Positions 19,204 to 30,110 of a stretch of DNA of 64,000 nt are shown here, piece after piece. The stretch comes from an uncultured Thermoactinomycetaceae bacterium (GTDB taxonomy: Bacteria > Bacillota > Bacilli > Thermoactinomycetales > CALJVA01): contig CALJVA010000118.1 in assembly GCA_937975135.1 (NCBI GenBank), positions 27,861-91,860 of the forward strand, read 5' to 3'. Every line of letters begins with the position of its first letter. Position 1 is the stretch's first letter. The position numbers and the translations under genes are program-made. The notes under the pieces are model-generated. The model was not told where the DNA came from and searched no databases. It was given only the letters and a program-made list of their open reading frames with translations.

Positions 19204-20406
19204 ATGTCTGCTAAACAAAAAAGAAGCTTATTTACATCTGAATCCGTAACAGCTGGACACCCTGATAAGATATGTGACCAGATTTCAGACGCGATATTGG
19301 ATGCGATTTTAGCTAAGGACCCAAACGCCCGTGTTGCTTGTGAAACCTCGGTAACTACAGGCTTGGTACTTGTTTCTGGGGAGATTTCAACCACTTGCTA
19401 TGTGGATATTCCACGAATTGTCCGGGATACATTAAAAGAGATTGGGTATACCCGGGCAAAGTATGGTTTTGACTATGAGACAAGTGCGGTTCTTACATCT
19501 ATTGATGAGCAATCAGGTGATATCGCTGCAGGGGTAAATGAAGCACTGGAAAAGCGAGAAGGATTGATGAGTGAAGATGAGATTGAGGCGATTGGCGCAG
19601 GGGATCAAGGGATTATGTTTGGGTTCGCTACCAATGAAACACCCGAACTGATGCCCTTACCTATTTCACTCGCTCATCGCTTGGCGCGGCGTCTACATGA
19701 AGTTCGAGTTAACGGTACCCTACCTTATTTGCGTCCAGATGGGAAGACTCAGGTAACAGTCGAGTATGAAGAGGACCGTCCAATCCGGATTGATACAGTT
19801 GTGGTTTCAGCTCAGCATGCTGAGGAGATAACACTTGAGCAGATTAAAGAGGATATCATAAAACATGTGATAAATCCGATTGTTCCTGAATCAATGCGAG
19901 ATGATAAGACCAAGTATTTTATCAATCCTACGGGCCGATTTGTGATTGGTGGGCCAATGGGAGATGCTGGTTTAACGGGGCGAAAGATCATTGTTGATAC
20001 TTATGGAGGTTATGCCCGTCATGGAGGCGGTGCTTTCTCTGGAAAGGATCCGACCAAGGTGGATCGCTCAGGAGCCTATGCCGCTCGCTATGTGGCCAAA
20101 AATATTGTTGCTGCAGGATTAGCAGATAAATGTGAGGTTCAAGTTGCTTATGCAATTGGTGTCGCTCAACCAGTATCCATTCGAATTGATACCTTTGGGA
20201 CTGGGGTAGTGGAGGAAGAGCGACTGGTTCAGCTAGTTCGGAAACACTTTGATCTGCGTCCAGCAGGAATTATTCGTGCTCTTGACTTGCGCCGACCCAT
20301 TTATAAGCAAACTGCAGCTTATGGTCATTTTGGCCGTACTGATTTGGATCTTCCATGGGAGAGGACAGATAAGGCTGAGGTGTTACGTGCAGAGGCAGGA
20401 TTATAA
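19204..20406 (+). CDS. metK: S-adenosylmethionine synthetase
   Basis: [37 protein letters not shown] and DTYGG. Confidence 0.97.
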   Translation: MSAKQKRSLFTSESVTAGHPDKICDQISDAILDAILAKDPNARVACETSVTTGLVLVSGEISTTCYVDIPRIVRDTLKEIGYTRAKYGFDYETSAVLTSIDEQSGDIAAGVNEALEKREGLMSEDEIEAIGAGDQGIMFGFATNETPELMPLPISLAHRLARRLHEVRVNGTLPYLRPDGKTQVTVEYEEDRPIRIDTVVVSAQHAEEITLEQIKEDIIKHVINPIVPESMRDDKTKYFINPTGRFVIGGPMGDAGLTGRKIIVDTYGGYARHGGGAFSGKDPTKVDRSGAYAARYVAKNIVAAGLADKCEVQVAYAIGVAQPVSIRIDTFGTGVVEEERLVQLVRKHFDLRPAGIIRALDLRRPIYKQTAAYGHFGRTDLDLPWERTDKAEVLRAEAGL

Positions 20407-20761
20407 AGCGCTTCGAGAAGCTTTATAATAATTGGGCTACGATCGATTCTTTGTTTTTAAGGAAGAATTAGTAGTCCAACCGTCCCCTCTTTAACGGAAG
20501 ATCAGGGAAATCGTTATTTTTAGAAGTTATGTAATAAAAACTTAGCTAGGGATCAGGGGAGTGTTAGGGTGCGGAGCGTCTCTTGCGCCGAATTCGCAAC
20601 AGCGCAAAGTCGTCAAACACTCCCGGACCCGTATAAAAGGCATAAAAATCTCATCTTCGATTAAGGATCAACACCATGATGTAAGAATTTTCTTCAGACG
20701 AGTAAGTGAACCCTCCCTTTTTCTTTTGCATATAATGGGGCAAAAGAAGGGGGCGAATGCG

Positions 20762-21196
20762 ATGGAACAGTGGCTCCTATGGGGGCTAACACTGTACGGA
20801 GCAATATGGTTCCTTCTATTTCAGGGTATACGAACTTTTAGTTTCAGATTCCCCAAAGATTGTACTCACTTGGTTCTATTCACCAAAAATAGCCAAGCTT
20901 CAATTGAATGGGTAGTCCGGTCCTTTTACCTTTGGAATTGGTGCCTTGGGAGAGAAGGCTGGATTACATGTATTGATGAAGGGTCGATGGATGACACAAA
21001 AGTAATTCTATACCGTCTTCAACCGAAATATCCACGATTAAAGCTGCTCTCCAAGTATGATCCCCTTGTTGAAGAAATCACTAGAGAAGCCAAGAAGGAT
21101 GATAAGACCATCATTATCGATCTAAAAAAAGAGAGAATTAGTTTTCCGCAATTACTGTCAGAAAAAAGGGAACCATCAGTTAAGGGGCAACTATAA
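20762..21196 (+). CDS. Hypothetical membrane-anchored protein
   Basis: The ATG is 8 nt after AGAAGGGGG. The N-terminal TM is WLLWGLTLYGAIWFLLF. I recognise no family. The ORF-track start at 20561 runs through a strong hairpin and is unlikely. Confidence 0.45.
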   Translation: MEQWLLWGLTLYGAIWFLLFQGIRTFSFRFPKDCTHLVLFTKNSQASIEWVVRSFYLWNWCLGREGWITCIDEGSMDDTKVILYRLQPKYPRLKLLSKYDPLVEEITREAKKDDKTIIIDLKKERISFPQLLSEKREPSVKGQL

Positions 21197-21357
21197 GTAT
21201 ATAGGTCTAGATCCTTTTAAATATAACCTTTGTGCCAAGGGTGCGAAGGTCCTTTCTATGTTTTTTGTAGTTCTGTGGCGATAGTTTAAAGGCTTTCCTG
21301 CTGGAATCGGTGGTAGAATGAGGATTTGTTGAGAGTTTGATAACTTGGGGGTGTAAC

Positions 21358-23040
21358 ATGTTTTGGCTCTATACTCTAAAAAATGCCCCAGATCGTTATT
21401 ATCTCTCCATGTTTCTAGCTGTTGATCGACTTTATTGGCAACTTCAAGGAGATGAGATATTGGAGGTGTCAGCACCACTTTTTATTGGACATGCTTTTAG
21501 GAAATCTCGAGAGGGTAGACTCGGGGTTGAAGCGGATTTTTTTATGTCAAATGATCTTTTACCACTTCGGCGCCGATCCTCTAACTCAGTGAAGAATTTA
21601 GAGGAACTTTCAGTCTCTCTTTTATCCTTACTGGGAGGAAGAGTTTTACTGTGGGAAGAGATTATCTCTTGTTTACAAATGCATTGGGGAAAAAACATAA
21701 GTCAGAAAAAAATAAGGGCTGGTATCCAATGGTTATATCTTCATAAAAAAGTAGCGATTTGTCCTGCTGTTACTTCTTTTGGAGCAGCTGCAGTTTGGAA
21801 GTGTAGTCGTTGTGGTGCAAGGCGGGAGGATCTTATTATTTCATCCTGTGCTCGGTGTAATGAACAGTGTGTTTCTTGTAATAACTGTATATCTTTAGGA
21901 AGGTGTCGTTCCTGTGCTCCCCTTTTCCTATTTTTGGACACAGAAAAGAGGAGAAAGGTAAAGGTTTCTCTTCAGCTTCCTCCCTTAACAGTGGGTCAAC
22001 AGAAGGTAGCTGACTATTGTGTTCAGTGGTTGAAGAAAAAAGAAAAAGAGCTTTTAGTATGGGCGGTTACAGGATCAGGGAAGACGGAAAGTTTGTTACC
22101 GGCAGTAAAAAAGGTATTGGAAGAAGGAGGTTCGGTTTTATGGGTTACGCCACGGCGTGATGTGGTTCAAGAATTGTCTCCTCGTTTTAAGGAAGCCTTT
22201 CCTGGGCTTGAGATCGTTACTTTATACAGAGGAAGCGGTCCATTATGGAGCAAAGGTCCTTTGGTTGTAGCCACTGCTCATCAGGCATGGCGCTTTTACC
22301 GTCGGTTTCAATTGGTGGTAGTGGATGAAGTAGATGCTTATCCTCTATTAGGAGATGAAACGTTATATAAAGGATTGGATCGGGCCGGAAGGATTCCCGG
22401 AAAACGGATTTTACTTACTGCAACACCACTCGATCGGTGGCTCAAAAAAGTGCGAAAAGGAGAACTACCTGTCGTACTCCTACCTGCTCGATATCACGGT
22501 TATCCCTTGCCCGTACCACAAGTAAGCATATGTCGAAAACTATGGACCCAGTTAAAACGTTGCGGGGAAGTGCCTTCCTTGGAATCATTTATTTATCAAG
22601 TAATCGAGAAAAAAGGCCAAGGATTATTATTTGTTCCACGGATTGGAGATGTAGATGTGATTCTCACTTGGATCCGTAAACGTTTACCTGAATTGTATGA
22701 TCAGAGTACAGGTGTATCGTCTCGGGATCCCCAACGCGGTGAGAAAATTCTTTCTTTTCGTCGAGGAGAGATTCGTCTTTTGGTGACCACAACCATATTG
22801 GAGCGTGGAGTAACAGTACCTACTTGCCATGTAGTGGTCATCGGTGCTGAGCACATGGTATTTGACAAAGCTTCTTTAATCCAGATTGCCGGTAGAGTGG
22901 GAAGATCGGCTTCTTATCAACAAGGAAAAGTACTTTTTATTGCTACCGAAGCAACAGAAGGACAACAAAAGGCTGTTCATACGATTCAGAGAATTAACCG
23001 TCAGGCTGAAAAAGAGGGATTACTTAGCAAGGGGATCTAA
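21358..23040 (+). CDS. comFA: Competence helicase ComFA (DEAD/DEAH-box, with a Cys-rich zinc ribbon)
   Basis: Walker A GSGKTE, DEVD box, TATP, TTILERGVT, QIAGRVGR. A 9-Cys cluster precedes the helicase core. It is followed by comFC. Confidence 0.85.
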   Translation: MFWLYTLKNAPDRYYLSMFLAVDRLYWQLQGDEILEVSAPLFIGHAFRKSREGRLGVEADFFMSNDLLPLRRRSSNSVKNLEELSVSLLSLLGGRVLLWEEIISCLQMHWGKNISQKKIRAGIQWLYLHKKVAICPAVTSFGAAAVWKCSRCGARREDLIISSCARCNEQCVSCNNCISLGRCRSCAPLFLFLDTEKRRKVKVSLQLPPLTVGQQKVADYCVQWLKKKEKELLVWAVTGSGKTESLLPAVKKVLEEGGSVLWVTPRRDVVQELSPRFKEAFPGLEIVTLYRGSGPLWSKGPLVVATAHQAWRFYRRFQLVVVDEVDAYPLLGDETLYKGLDRAGRIPGKRILLTATPLDRWLKKVRKGELPVVLLPARYHGYPLPVPQVSICRKLWTQLKRCGEVPSLESFIYQVIEKKGQGLLFVPRIGDVDVILTWIRKRLPELYDQSTGVSSRDPQRGEKILSFRRGEIRLLVTTTILERGVTVPTCHVVVIGAEHMVFDKASLIQIAGRVGRSASYQQGKVLFIATEATEGQQKAVHTIQRINRQAEKEGLLSKGI

Positions 23041-23053
23041 AGGAGGATAGGGG

Positions 23054-23764
23054 ATGCAATGGTGGGAACTTTTTTTTGCTGCTCCCCGCAAGTGCTGGTT
23101 TTGTCTAACCCCTGTGAAGGGGCATCGATGGAGTGACGTTTGGGATTTAATTTGTCCTGTTTGTTCTAAAGCGCTGCGCCCGATCCAGGCCCCTTTTTGT
23201 CAACGGTGTGGCCGTGCATTTAATAAACAAGAAAAAACACGCTTTTGCACTGACTGTATTCAGCCCCTTTATCCTGCTTTAAGAGCCAATCGGAGCCCAG
23301 TAGCTTACACATCTTGGACGAAGGAGATTATTGGACTGTTTAAATACCGGGGTCGTGAGAGTTTAGCAGAGCCACTTGGTAAAATGATGGCTAAGGTGGT
23401 GATGGAACAATATCCACGACCTTCACTGATTACTTTTGTTCCTCTTCATCCAATTCGGCTGGCTGAAAGGGGATTTAATCAGGCTGAGTTGCTGGCTCGC
23501 GTAATAGCAAAAAATTTGTATTTACCCTGTGAGGAGTTAATTATTCGGACCAAAGAAACATCCCCCCAAAGCAAAAGAACACGACATGAACGTTTATTAG
23601 CAATGAAAGGGGTATTTTTATATTCTTCCACCATCTCCCTTATCGGAAAGCGAGTCCTACTTGTTGATGATGTATATACTACGGGAACAACATTGGGGGA
23701 ATGTGCCACACTTCTTCGAGGCGTGGGAGCCTCACAAGTATATGCTGTTACCTTTGCACGTTAA
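23054..23764 (+). CDS. comFC: ComF-family phosphoribosyltransferase-like protein
   Basis: N-terminal CxxC...CxxC and ERGFNQAE. PRTase loop VLLVDDVYTTGTT. Confidence 0.88.
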   Translation: MQWWELFFAAPRKCWFCLTPVKGHRWSDVWDLICPVCSKALRPIQAPFCQRCGRAFNKQEKTRFCTDCIQPLYPALRANRSPVAYTSWTKEIIGLFKYRGRESLAEPLGKMMAKVVMEQYPRPSLITFVPLHPIRLAERGFNQAELLARVIAKNLYLPCEELIIRTKETSPQSKRTRHERLLAMKGVFLYSSTISLIGKRVLLVDDVYTTGTTLGECATLLRGVGASQVYAVTFAR

Positions 23765-23782
23765 CGGATATGTTTTCTCTAC

Positions 23783-25408
23783 TTATTCTCCGTCAACTAT
23801 ATCGATGATAAATGATTTTAAATCAATGATTCGATTGTATTGTGGCTTGCGCTTAGTTCCTAATATTATCAAGGGAGCGAGAGAATCGGATCGATGAAGT
23901 GAGCCATGTCCTCCTCCACCTAGATGTTTCGGCGAGTATCGATCCGCAAATTGATAGCCGGGCTTCGCCGTCACAACAATCAAGGGACTGGAGTGGAAAT
24001 GGAAAACGCCAGCTAACCGGCTTAAAGCGTCCGGATAATCACCATAAGTGATCTCTTTTTTTGTCTGGTTCAAAGTCAGATTTAGTACATAAGGATCCCC
24101 TTGAAGCTCCCACTGCTGATCATAGATATCCGTCCATTCTTCTCCAGGTCTGAAGCGAAGAAACTTGTCAGTCCCCCCTCGGCGTACTTCAACCCATTGG
24201 CCATCTTCAATCGCAATGAGGTCGATGCGGGAATCTTCAACCACCAATGAGACAAGCTCTGTAAGATCTAATGTTGGTTGTAATACATAGATATAGGCCA
24301 TTCGCTCATTTACACAAATTACAATCTCCGTTTCTGAAGAAGCTGTTTTCCCAGCAGGTAAGGTTTTATAATTACGAAAGATGGAATGTAAAGGGATAAT
24401 CGGTTCTTGATCCTCAGGTAAAATCTTCGTTTGTCCGCTATCACCACTTATAATCCAAATGATCTCTTCCAATGCTTTATCCCAAGAACCGAAACTATCC
24501 AGCAGTGAAGCTAGTTCCTTGTCCAGTTTTTGTAGACCGCTAGTATCCTCTGGCCCCTTTTTATGAATCGGTTTATCCAAGTCTGAAAGATAGACAAATA
24601 AAAAGCGGGGAAGTAGTTTCTGTTTTATTAACTTTTTTGTGATGGCAATTGGATACGGATCTGCAAAGCCAAGGCTATTGAGTATTCCTTCTGGAATCCC
24701 CTCTTCTTCTGGAAAGGGATTGGCAAAGGTTCCAAAAGCAAATAAATCGGGGCCTTTCACTTTTAAATGTTCTTTGAGAGAGGTTGGAAGATGTAACCAA
24801 GTGGGAAAGGAAAGGGTATGCTCAGTTTGACCACGATAAATCATTCCATTAATCGAACCAGAAGGAATTCCCCGTTGAGCAAGTTCTTCATAAATGGTGG
24901 ATACTTGATGGCTTAAGTGATTCTGGTTTAAATGGAGCAAAGCATCCTGAAGAACCTGGTTAGGTCCTTCGTGAAATGCCTCATTTGCACCGGTGCCATA
25001 ATTGACTACTCTTTTTTCCTCTTCCCTATACCAGTTGAGTCCAAAAATACCATGTTGGTTGGGGTGTGTACCGGTAAGAAGTGTACTGTCGATGGTAACG
25101 GACATGGTGGGGAATGAACTTACGATTTCTGTTACCGTTTGTGCATGTTGGGTAAAAAAACGTAGGGCCGGTAGTCGATTGGCGGCAATTTCCTGTTGCA
25201 TTGTTTTCATAATTAATGAATCGATCATTAAATAGATTACTTTCTTGTGATTGGTGGTTTTGGACTGATGAGCGATCTTTTCTAGGGTTTTCGTGGGATC
25301 CTTTCTTTTGGTTTTTTTATTGTGGAAACGAATTATCGCTAGTAAAAGGAGCAGAAATAAAAATAATAATACCCATTTCAATCCGCATCCCTCCCCTTTC
25401 CCTTTCAC
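23783..25408 (-). CDS. Membrane-anchored alkaline-phosphatase-superfamily protein (nucleotide pyrophosphatase/phosphodiesterase-like)
   Basis: N-terminal TM. IYLMIDSL is a metal-ligand Asp region. SSFPTMSVTIDSTLLTGTHPNQHGI is a nucleophile region. The distal metal sites are ISGDSG and GGGHGS. Confidence 0.7.
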   Translation of the reverse strand: MKGKGEGCGLKWVLLFLFLLLLLAIIRFHNKKTKRKDPTKTLEKIAHQSKTTNHKKVIYLMIDSLIMKTMQQEIAANRLPALRFFTQHAQTVTEIVSSFPTMSVTIDSTLLTGTHPNQHGIFGLNWYREEEKRVVNYGTGANEAFHEGPNQVLQDALLHLNQNHLSHQVSTIYEELAQRGIPSGSINGMIYRGQTEHTLSFPTWLHLPTSLKEHLKVKGPDLFAFGTFANPFPEEEGIPEGILNSLGFADPYPIAITKKLIKQKLLPRFLFVYLSDLDKPIHKKGPEDTSGLQKLDKELASLLDSFGSWDKALEEIIWIISGDSGQTKILPEDQEPIIPLHSIFRNYKTLPAGKTASSETEIVICVNERMAYIYVLQPTLDLTELVSLVVEDSRIDLIAIEDGQWVEVRRGGTDKFLRFRPGEEWTDIYDQQWELQGDPYVLNLTLNQTKKEITYGDYPDALSRLAGVFHFHSSPLIVVTAKPGYQFADRYSPKHLGGGGHGSLHRSDSLAPLIILGTKRKPQYNRIIDLKSFIIDIVDGE

Positions 25409-25580
25409 GATTTTGTATTAAAAAGCATGTGGTCAAATCCTTGATTTTATGCAGAAACATTTCATAAGAGTTTTTCTACTGTTTCGATAAAGGTGCTCTT
25501 TATAATCGCAGAAAGGTATAGATCCATCATTTTATGGAAATACGGATAATAGTAATAAAAGCGTGAAAGGAGCGAGTTAG

Positions 25581-25853
25581 ATGAATAAATCAGAACTGAT
25601 TAAACGGGTAGCGCATGCGACTGATATTTCTCAAAAAGAGGCGGGAGAACTGGTCAACGCAACTTTAAACGTTATTAAAGAAGCACTGAAGCAAGGAGAA
25701 AAAGTTTCTCTAATTGGCTTTGGGAATTTTGAAGTTCGAAAACGTGCAGCGCGGATGGGACGGAATCCACAAACGGGAGAGCTCATTCCCATTCGAGAAG
25801 GTCGTGTACCTACCTTTAAACCTGGTAAACAATTAAAGGAAGCTGTGAACTAA
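25581..25853 (+). CDS. hup: DNA-binding protein HU
   Basis: MNKSELIKRVA...GFGNFEVRKRAARMGRNPQTGE..I...VPTFKPGK. Confidence 0.95.
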   Translation: MNKSELIKRVAHATDISQKEAGELVNATLNVIKEALKQGEKVSLIGFGNFEVRKRAARMGRNPQTGELIPIREGRVPTFKPGKQLKEAVN

Positions 25854-26005
25854 CGGATCAAGGTTCAGGATACTCTACCAAAATCAAGGAATTAAAAAAG
25901 TCTCTTGTGAATAATGTGTATAAATCTGTGTATAAGTTTTAATATTAAAACGAAAAACACCTTCTTTATAAACTTTCTTACCTAAATTTCCATTTTGTTC
26001 AAGTC

Positions 26006-26034
26006 TTGACTTGGCTATAGGCTAGTGATATAGT
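26006..26034 (+). promoter_or_regulatory. SigA-type promoter of the cold-shock gene
   Basis: TTGACT, 17-nt spacer, TATAGT. It leaves a ~50-nt 5' UTR. Confidence 0.55.
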
Positions 26035-26090
26035 TACCTTGCGTGGGAAGGCATCTCATGTGTATTAACTTTAAGAAGGGAATGTGTTTT

Positions 26091-26291
26091 ATGCAAGGCA
26101 AAGTAAAGTGGTTTAACGCGGAAAAAGGCTACGGTTTCATCGAGCGGGAAGATGGAGACGACGTATTTGTTCACTACTCTGCAATTCAAGGTGAGGGTTT
26201 CAAAACTTTGGATGAGGGTCAATTGGTGGAGTTTGAAATCGTAGAAGGTTCGCGTGGACCACAAGCCGAGAATGTAGTAAAAATTGGATGA
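26091..26291 (+). CDS. Cold-shock protein (CspA/CspB family)
   Basis: [59 protein letters not shown]. The ATG at 26091 is in frame with the longer ORF-track call. Confidence 0.95.
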   Translation: MQGKVKWFNAEKGYGFIEREDGDDVFVHYSAIQGEGFKTLDEGQLVEFEIVEGSRGPQAENVVKIG

Positions 26292-26301
26292 TGATAACAG
26301 A

Positions 26302-26336
26302 ACCCTTGGGAGCGATTCCAGGGGTTTTTTGTTTTT
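26302..26336 (+). terminator. Rho-independent terminator
   Basis: CCCTTGG, loop, CCAGGGG, then TTTTTTGTTTTT. Confidence 0.75.
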
Positions 26337-26448
26337 CTAGGTGTATAATAAAGTAGAAAAATGTTAACATCTGCTTTTCAAGTGGAGGAGGAATTTTCGT
26401 ACACGAAGGGAATAAATACAATAGTAAGCGAAAGGAGGAGTTCGCTTC

Positions 26449-27003
26449 ATGAAAATCAATGTCCGCGGAAATAATATTGAAGTGACAGAAGCACTACGGG
26501 ATTTTGTCGAAAAAAAGATAAGTCGGTTGGAAAAATATTTCGACGATTCCTCTTCAGCTCAAGCCAATGTTGCTCTAAGTGTTCAACGAGATGAGCATAA
26601 AGTAGAAGTTACAATCCCTTTCCCTCGCTTATTGGTTCGAGCAGAAGAAACAAGTGGAGATATGTATGCCTCGATTGACCTGGTAGTGGAAAAGTTAGAA
26701 CGGCAAATCCGTAAGTACAAGACACGGGTCAATCGAAAAGCAAGGCAGAATGGAAGCCTCCGATCGCATTATTTGAATGGTACAACGGTTTTAGAGGAAA
26801 AAGATGAAACGGATTGGAAAGATGAGCCTCCCATAGTACGGACGAAGCGATTTAACTTAAAACCGATGGACATTGCGGAAGCCGTGTTACAAATGGATTT
26901 ACTTGGCCATAATTTTTTTGTCTTTACCAATTCCGAAACCAATCGGGTAAATGTTGTATATAAACGAAAGGATGGTCAGTACGGCTTAATAGAACCGGAG
27001 TAA
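26449..27003 (+). CDS. hpf: Ribosome hibernation-promoting factor, long form
   Basis: MKINVRGNNIEVTEALRDFVEKKISRLEKYF and the C-terminal dimerisation domain (RTKRFNLKPM...FFVFTN...VVYKRKDG.YGLIEP). The gene lies upstream of secA as yvyD does. Confidence 0.93.
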   Translation: MKINVRGNNIEVTEALRDFVEKKISRLEKYFDDSSSAQANVALSVQRDEHKVEVTIPFPRLLVRAEETSGDMYASIDLVVEKLERQIRKYKTRVNRKARQNGSLRSHYLNGTTVLEEKDETDWKDEPPIVRTKRFNLKPMDIAEAVLQMDLLGHNFFVFTNSETNRVNVVYKRKDGQYGLIEPE

Positions 27004-27037
27004 CAACAAGACTTCACATAATAAGGGTTGGATTCCG

Positions 27038-27283
27038 ATGAGTTTCCTTTATTTTTTAGGAAGTGTAATCTTGTTTTTCATTGTATCAACCTTGACTCAG
27101 ATTATCTATGGGAATATGAAAGCAAGTTATCAGATTCCCCTTTGGTTTCCTATCTTAACCGCAATTTTGATGTTGCTCTCTCTCACCTATCTTGGATTTC
27201 ATTGGTTGACTGTAATTTTAATTGGGATCGTAACAGGCATAGCGGCAGCGAACTCCAGTTATACTTCAAGATATCGGATCTAG
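27038..27283 (+). CDS. Small 3-TM membrane protein, unknown family
   Basis: 81-aa hydrophobic ORF followed by a terminator. The SD is weak. Confidence 0.45.
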   Translation: MSFLYFLGSVILFFIVSTLTQIIYGNMKASYQIPLWFPILTAILMLLSLTYLGFHWLTVILIGIVTGIAAANSSYTSRYRI

Positions 27284-27335
27284 ATAGCATCTATAATTTT
27301 TTCCTGATATGAAAAAATGTATCCTAGATGTACTT

Positions 27336-27361
27336 GGGGCAGGGAATTCTGCCCTTTTTTT
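27336..27361 (+). terminator. Rho-independent terminator
   Basis: GGGCA, loop, TGCCC, then T7. Confidence 0.55.
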
Positions 27362-27497
27362 ATCGACAGGAAAAAGTGAAAACGAGGTTGTTTTTTGGTA
27401 TACTTATACAAAATACAATCGATATCAATCACAGGTCCCTTTTCCTGTTTCAATCTATAAATGTTTGCACTGTGACTCTCAGAAGGGGATGGTATAA

Positions 27498-30035
27498 TTG
27501 CTAAAAGTCCTTCGCAAACTGCTTCCCAACACGAATGAACGAGAATTGAAACGTTGCTATAAAATCGCCAATCGGATCGAGGAATTGGAACCCGAAATTT
27601 CCTCTTTAAGTGATGAGGAGCTTAAAGGAAAAACAGATACTTTTAAAGCGAAGCTTAAAGATGGCGCTTCTCTTGATGATTTGCTACCAGAAGCTTACGC
27701 AGTAGTACGAGAAGCTGCGAATCGGGTATTAGGTATGCGTCATTATTATGTTCAACTGGTTGGAGGGATTGTTCTACATCAGGGAATGATCGCGGAGATG
27801 AAGACAGGGGAAGGAAAAACCCTTGTTTCTACTCTTCCTGCTTATCTTAATGCCCTTACTGGTAAGGGAGTCCATATTATTACAGTGAATGATTACTTGG
27901 CAGAACGGGACCGTAAATGGATGGGACAAGTGTTTGAATTTCTTGGCCTAACCGTTGGTTTAAACCTGCCAGGAATGTCTCCAGAAGAAAAGAAAGCAGC
28001 CTACGAAGCGGATATTACCTTTGGAACAAATAACGAATTTGGATTTGATTACCTTCGTGACAATATGGTGCTATATCCAGAACAAATTACTCAACGTCCG
28101 CTCCACTTTGCGATTATTGACGAGGTAGACAGCATTTTGATCGATGAGGCACGAACCCCTTTGATCATTAGTGGTCAGGCCAACAAACCTACAGATCTCT
28201 ATTATACAGCGGATCGGATTGTACGGCGATTAAAACCGGAAGAAGATTACACTGTAGATGTAAAAACCAAGACGGTTACATTGACCGAGCAAGGTGTAGA
28301 TAAAGTCGAAAAAGCAGCAGGCATTGATAACTTATATGATGCAAAACATAGTGATATCAACCACCATATTGAACAAGCATTAAAAGCACATGTCATTATG
28401 AAGCGAGATGAAGACTATGTAGTCAACGAAGAAGGGGTTGTAATCGTTGACGAGTTCACAGGACGATTAATGCAGGGGCGCCGCTACAGTGATGGATTAC
28501 ACCAAGCGATCGAAGCCAAGGAAGGGTTACAGGTTCAGCGAGAAACCATGACCCTAGCAACGATCACACTGCAAAATTATTTCCGTCTTTATGAAAAGTT
28601 AGCTGGAATGACTGGAACGGCAAAAACGGAAGAAGAGGAATTTCGTAAAATTTATGGGATGGATGTTGTTCAGATTCCCACGCACCGCCCTATGATTCGG
28701 AAGGATCTTTCTGATGTACTCTATAAAACCGAAGAAGCTAAATTTAAAGCAGTGGTAGAGCAAATAGTAGAGAATCATAAGATTGGTCGTCCAGTATTAG
28801 TGGGTACAGTTTCGATTGAAAAATCAGAGAAGTTGTCTCGGATGCTTAAAAAGAGAGGAATTCGCCATCAGGTTCTTAACGCTAAGCACCACGCCAAGGA
28901 AGCTGAGATTATCGCCCAAGCGGGACAAAAAGGAGCTGTGACGATTGCTACGAACATGGCGGGACGTGGAACGGACATTGTTTTGGGCGAAGGAGTCGCC
29001 GAATTAGGAGGACTACATGTAATAGGGACCGAACGCCATGAAAGCCGTCGGATTGATAATCAGTTACGTGGCCGTTCAGGAAGACAGGGAGACCCTGGTT
29101 CATCACAATTTTTCCTTTCATTGGAAGATGATTTGATGCGTCGCTTTGCCCCAGAAAGTATGTCCGAGATGATGGAGCGGCTCGGACTACCTGATGATCA
29201 ACCAATTGAAGGGCGTATGTTTACAAAAGCAGTGGAGAGTGCACAGAAAAAAGTTGAAGGAAATAACTTTGATGCACGTCGCTGGGTGTTGCAGTATGAT
29301 GATGTGTTGAATCAACAACGAGATATTATTTATAAACAACGTCGCGAAGTACTGACAGCGAGCGACCTTCGTGATGTTGTATTAAATATGAGTAAAGAGG
29401 TTGTAAAGCGGATTGTAGAGGTTTACACACCGAAGGAAGAGCTTCCGGAGGAATGGGATCTAAGTGGTCTTGTAGATCAGTTGGAAAGTGTATTCTTTCC
29501 GGAAGGATACCTTGATGAAAGTGATTTGGAAGACTTAGAGGCAAAGGAGATTATCTCTCATATTTGCAAGCAGGTGGAAGCCTACTATGATCAGCGAGTG
29601 GAAGAATTAGGATTTGAACGCCTACAGGAATTTTCCAAAGTTGTGATCTTACGAACAGTGGACCGCAAATGGATGGACCACATTGACGCAATGGATCAAC
29701 TGCGTCAAGGAATTCATCTGCGCGCCTATGGCCAAGCCAACCCATTGCGTGAATATCAGTTTGAAGGATTTGAGATGTTTGAGCAGATGGTGCGAGAGAT
29801 CCAAGAAGAAGTAGTCAAGTATGTGATGAAATCAAGTATTGGCGAAGAACTAGAACGGGAAGCCGTTGCGGTAGGTCAGACAGCTTCTACTGGAGGATCT
29901 CCTCACGAAGAAGAAAAACAGCCAAAACGTCAGCCAATTCGTCGGTCCGAAAAAGTGGGTCGCAATGATCCCTGCCCCTGTGGGAGTGGGAAAAAGTATA
30001 AGCACTGTTGTGCTCGGTCCAGCCGTACAGGTTAA
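27498..30035 (+). CDS. secA: Preprotein translocase ATPase SecA
   Basis: Full-length SecA: [28 protein letters not shown] and [10 protein letters not shown]. The C-terminal zinc motif is [16 protein letters not shown] start after AGAAGGGGA. Confidence 0.97.
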   Translation: MLKVLRKLLPNTNERELKRCYKIANRIEELEPEISSLSDEELKGKTDTFKAKLKDGASLDDLLPEAYAVVREAANRVLGMRHYYVQLVGGIVLHQGMIAEMKTGEGKTLVSTLPAYLNALTGKGVHIITVNDYLAERDRKWMGQVFEFLGLTVGLNLPGMSPEEKKAAYEADITFGTNNEFGFDYLRDNMVLYPEQITQRPLHFAIIDEVDSILIDEARTPLIISGQANKPTDLYYTADRIVRRLKPEEDYTVDVKTKTVTLTEQGVDKVEKAAGIDNLYDAKHSDINHHIEQALKAHVIMKRDEDYVVNEEGVVIVDEFTGRLMQGRRYSDGLHQAIEAKEGLQVQRETMTLATITLQNYFRLYEKLAGMTGTAKTEEEEFRKIYGMDVVQIPTHRPMIRKDLSDVLYKTEEAKFKAVVEQIVENHKIGRPVLVGTVSIEKSEKLSRMLKKRGIRHQVLNAKHHAKEAEIIAQAGQKGAVTIATNMAGRGTDIVLGEGVAELGGLHVIGTERHESRRIDNQLRGRSGRQGDPGSSQFFLSLEDDLMRRFAPESMSEMMERLGLPDDQPIEGRMFTKAVESAQKKVEGNNFDARRWVLQYDDVLNQQRDIIYKQRREVLTASDLRDVVLNMSKEVVKRIVEVYTPKEELPEEWDLSGLVDQLESVFFPEGYLDESDLEDLEAKEIISHICKQVEAYYDQRVEELGFERLQEFSKVVILRTVDRKWMDHIDAMDQLRQGIHLRAYGQANPLREYQFEGFEMFEQMVREIQEEVVKYVMKSSIGEELEREAVAVGQTASTGGSPHEEEKQPKRQPIRRSEKVGRNDPCPCGSGKKYKHCCARSSRTG

Positions 30036-30110
30036 TTGCAAATGATCCTTCCAGCAACTGAACTTAGGACTATAATAAAAAGATAAGAATATCTCCTCGA
30101 GGTGATTGAT

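Noticed and set aside
20561-20761. N-terminal 67-aa extension of the ORF-track call 20561..21196
   Set aside because: The GTG start has no SD and the extension is translated straight through the 20557-20624 hairpin. The ATG at 20762 has a well-spaced AGAAGGGGG SD and begins with a TM helix.
27028-27497. ORFs 27028..27312 and 27309..27497, and a TGGTATAAT immediately before the secA start
   Set aside because: ORF 27028 is an alternative frame of the more plausible 3-TM ORF 27038..27283. ORF 27309 reads through the terminator at 27336-27361. The TATAAT abuts the secA TTG start codon, so it cannot serve as the secA promoter.
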